Shown here: one piece after another, positions 17,955 through 19,328 of the stretch
How the letters are laid out: every line of letters starts with the position of its first letter
Position numbering within the stretch: the first letter of the stretch is position 1
NCBI GenBank assembly: GCA_001192655.1
Contig: BBVC01000101.1
Span: 1-19,328, forward strand
Source: Caedimonas varicaedens
GTDB lineage: Bacteria; Pseudomonadota; Alphaproteobacteria; Caedimonadales; Caedimonadaceae
Length of the DNA stretch: 19,328 bases
Direction of reading: 5' to 3'
Notes under the pieces: model-generated
What the model was told of the DNA's origin: nothing
Seen by the model: only the letters and a program-made list of their open reading frames with translations
The model's database searches: none
Position numbers and translations under genes: made by a program

Positions 17955-18260
17955 ATGGGCATTTACGGACGGCACGTCTCGTCGATCAACAGCTTTCGGG
18001 AACCTCGATGTGTAGCGGGTCTGCCTGTCTGGCAGAAGCCCGAACCTCTGATAATTCCTTCATGCTTAACTTGCCCAGAGGAAATTAAGGCGTACGTCTA
18101 CCTAACGACCATAGATCGTGCCTATGCTCCCCAGATTAAGACCGCTTGCGACTTTGAGTCCCATAAACAATGCGAAGGTATTCTTAAACAACTGATTAAA
18201 AAGAAAGTCGTCAAAACAAAGGGCGATGGGCTTTACAGTGTGAAGCAGGAAGACTCGTAA
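17955..18260 (+). CDS. Hypothetical small protein, C-terminal half possibly winged-helix-like
   Basis: 101-aa ORF. Residues ~40-95 (EEIKAYVYLTTIDRAYAPQIKTACDFESHKQCEGILKQLIKKKVVKTKGDGLYSV) look like a small wHTH. The N-terminal third looks non-protein-like and overlaps a GC-rich hairpin (18016-18042), so the true start is unclear. Confidence 0.4.
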   Translation: MGIYGRHVSSINSFREPRCVAGLPVWQKPEPLIIPSCLTCPEEIKAYVYLTTIDRAYAPQIKTACDFESHKQCEGILKQLIKKKVVKTKGDGLYSVKQEDS

Positions 18261-18274
18261 AAGCCTTACTCCCC

Positions 18275-18493
18275 TCACTCGAAGCTTGGGAATTTGACCA
18301 CGTTCTCGTCTGCACTCTTGGAGGACTCCTCGGTCATCTTCTGCGTAAAAGGTAAATCCACGCGCACGTGAAGATAATCAATGCGTTCCTCATCATCGCA
18401 AATGGGAAGCACAACCAACCCTAACGAGAGGAGGAAGTTGTAGAGTCTTTCCATTCTGTCATTATAACTCATGTGGAGAGGGGGATATTTCAT
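18275..18493 (-). CDS. Hypothetical small protein
   Basis: 72-aa ORF convergent with the preceding gene, with stop codons 14 nt apart. Only a weak AAGG lies upstream. I recognise no motif. Confidence 0.35.
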   Translation of the reverse strand: MKYPPLHMSYNDRMERLYNFLLSLGLVVLPICDDEERIDYLHVRVDLPFTQKMTEESSKSADENVVKFPSFE

Positions 18494-18649
18494 CGTTAAC
18501 CTTTTTGTAGTCTACCATTTTTCTATCTTAACATTTTTACAGAGACAAGTCATTCCGTTGTTAGCCCCCGTCTTTTCCTAGCCGTCTGTTGGGGAACGCC
18601 GTATAATAAAGGTCAACATTCACCATGACCTTCAGCGAGAGATGCCCCA

Positions 18650-19328
18650 ATGAACCCTCTTTATCTTGCCATGCTCCAGCAACCTCAAGGACAGATGGCA
18701 CAATCGGGCATTCCTCCCTTTCTGCCCTCATCGGATCAACCCAACCCTTTTATAGCCTCTCTGATGCCGAACATGACAGGTGGCACGATCCCCAACACGC
18801 CCGCAGAATCGATCGGTGTCGCCAACACAGCTACCCCCAATCCCCTTCTATCTCTGCTGACCCAGAACACAGGAAACGCGTCCCCTGCCACTTCTTCCCC
18901 CTCTTACAGCAACCCCTTTGATGCGGGGATTACCAAAGCCATCGAAGCGGCGAAAGAATCCATGAAAGCCTCCCAAGCCCAAAAAGGCGAAGCCTTGACC
19001 TCTGCGCTGACGGCTATGGCAAAGGCGGCTTCTCAAGCCGCTGGCTCCACCCCTTGGGGCATGGGTCGTGCTGCTGGAATCGGTCGAATTCTCGCCACTG
19101 CCGCTCCTTACGGCGTAGACGCTTATACCCAATCAGAAAAAGCCGCTGAATCTCAAAATCTGGGTCTGGCGGATTATATGGTGAAGCTGAAGGCCACCCA
19201 GCAGGATGCCTTGAGACAAGCCTTTAAGGACTGGAAAGAACAGGAGTACAAAGACAAGACATTGAAAGCGACCACAGACCATCACCAGCAGATGGAAAAA
19301 AAGCAGGATCAGCTTTATGCCCTTAAAC
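18650..19328 (+). CDS. Hypothetical protein, 5' partial view (open at window end): P/Q/N/S-rich N-terminus then A/K/E/Q-rich helical region
   Basis: Hand translation from ATG 18650 gives 226 codons with no stop up to the window edge (MNPLYLAMLQQPQGQMAQSGIPPFLPSSDQPNPF...AIEAAKESMKASQAQKGEAL...KDWKEQEYKDKTLKATTDHHQQMEKKQDQLYALK). It is absent from the track, presumably because it has no stop. It is longer and more protein-like than the two listed overlapping ORFs. Confidence 0.6.
   Translation, partial: MNPLYLAMLQQPQGQMAQSGIPPFLPSSDQPNPFIASLMPNMTGGTIPNTPAESIGVANTATPNPLLSLLTQNTGNASPATSSPSYSNPFDAGITKAIEAAKESMKASQAQKGEALTSALTAMAKAASQAAGSTPWGMGRAAGIGRILATAAPYGVDAYTQSEKAAESQNLGLADYMVKLKATQQDALRQAFKDWKEQEYKDKTLKATTDHHQQMEKKQDQLYALK

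Larger units (their letters stand above)
16408..19328 (+). mobile_element. Left end of a putative integrative element or genomic island (truncated by the window edge)
   Basis: Integrase sits at the point where conserved synteny ends, next to a repeat element. It is followed by orphan ORFs and a sharp compositional change. The right boundary is not in the window. Confidence 0.55.

Noticed and set aside
18625-19132. Track ORFs 18625-18921 (+) and 18848-19132 (-)
   Set aside because: Both overlap the longer open-ended frame starting at 18650. Both have the R/S/G/H-rich composition typical of off-frame translation of GC-rich coding DNA.
1-19328. CRISPR arrays, rRNA genes, IS elements with terminal inverted repeats
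   Set aside because: I saw no regularly spaced short direct repeats, no rRNA-like conserved stretches and no transposase-like ORF. The only long repeat is the inverted pair described above.

Overview
This window looks like chromosomal DNA from an alphaproteobacterium with an obligate-intracellular lifestyle (Rickettsiales/Holosporales-like). That placement is inferred from gene content only. From 1 to about 16.4 kb it is a housekeeping backbone. It carries cmk-rpsA, a FYDLN_acid protein, a PEBP/YbhB protein, a DsbA-family oxidoreductase, xerC, nusB, rpsU with its divergent COQ9-family partner, and a 12-TM ATP/ADP translocase (Tlc/NTT). It also holds the conserved rpsB-tsf-pyrH-frr-uppS-cdsA cluster. 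At about 16.4 kb the expected alphaproteobacterial synteny stops. A P4-type (DUF4102 arm domain) tyrosine integrase begins a compositionally mosaic segment that runs off the window edge: the int gene is AT-rich and the last ~0.7 kb is markedly GC-rich. That GC-rich end contains a 226-codon open-ended ORF missing from the supplied track. The most unusual signal is a ~120-130 nt structured, RNA-like element present twice in inverted orientation (3406-3522 and 16408-16537). Its substitutions preserve helices on one strand only, and both copies keep a loop-to-tail pseudoknot potential. One copy lies immediately upstream of the integrase. I could not assign it to any RNA family by eye. No rRNA, canonical tRNA or CRISPR array was seen. 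No complete novel multi-gene system is visible. The candidate cargo region is truncated after about 1.4 kb.
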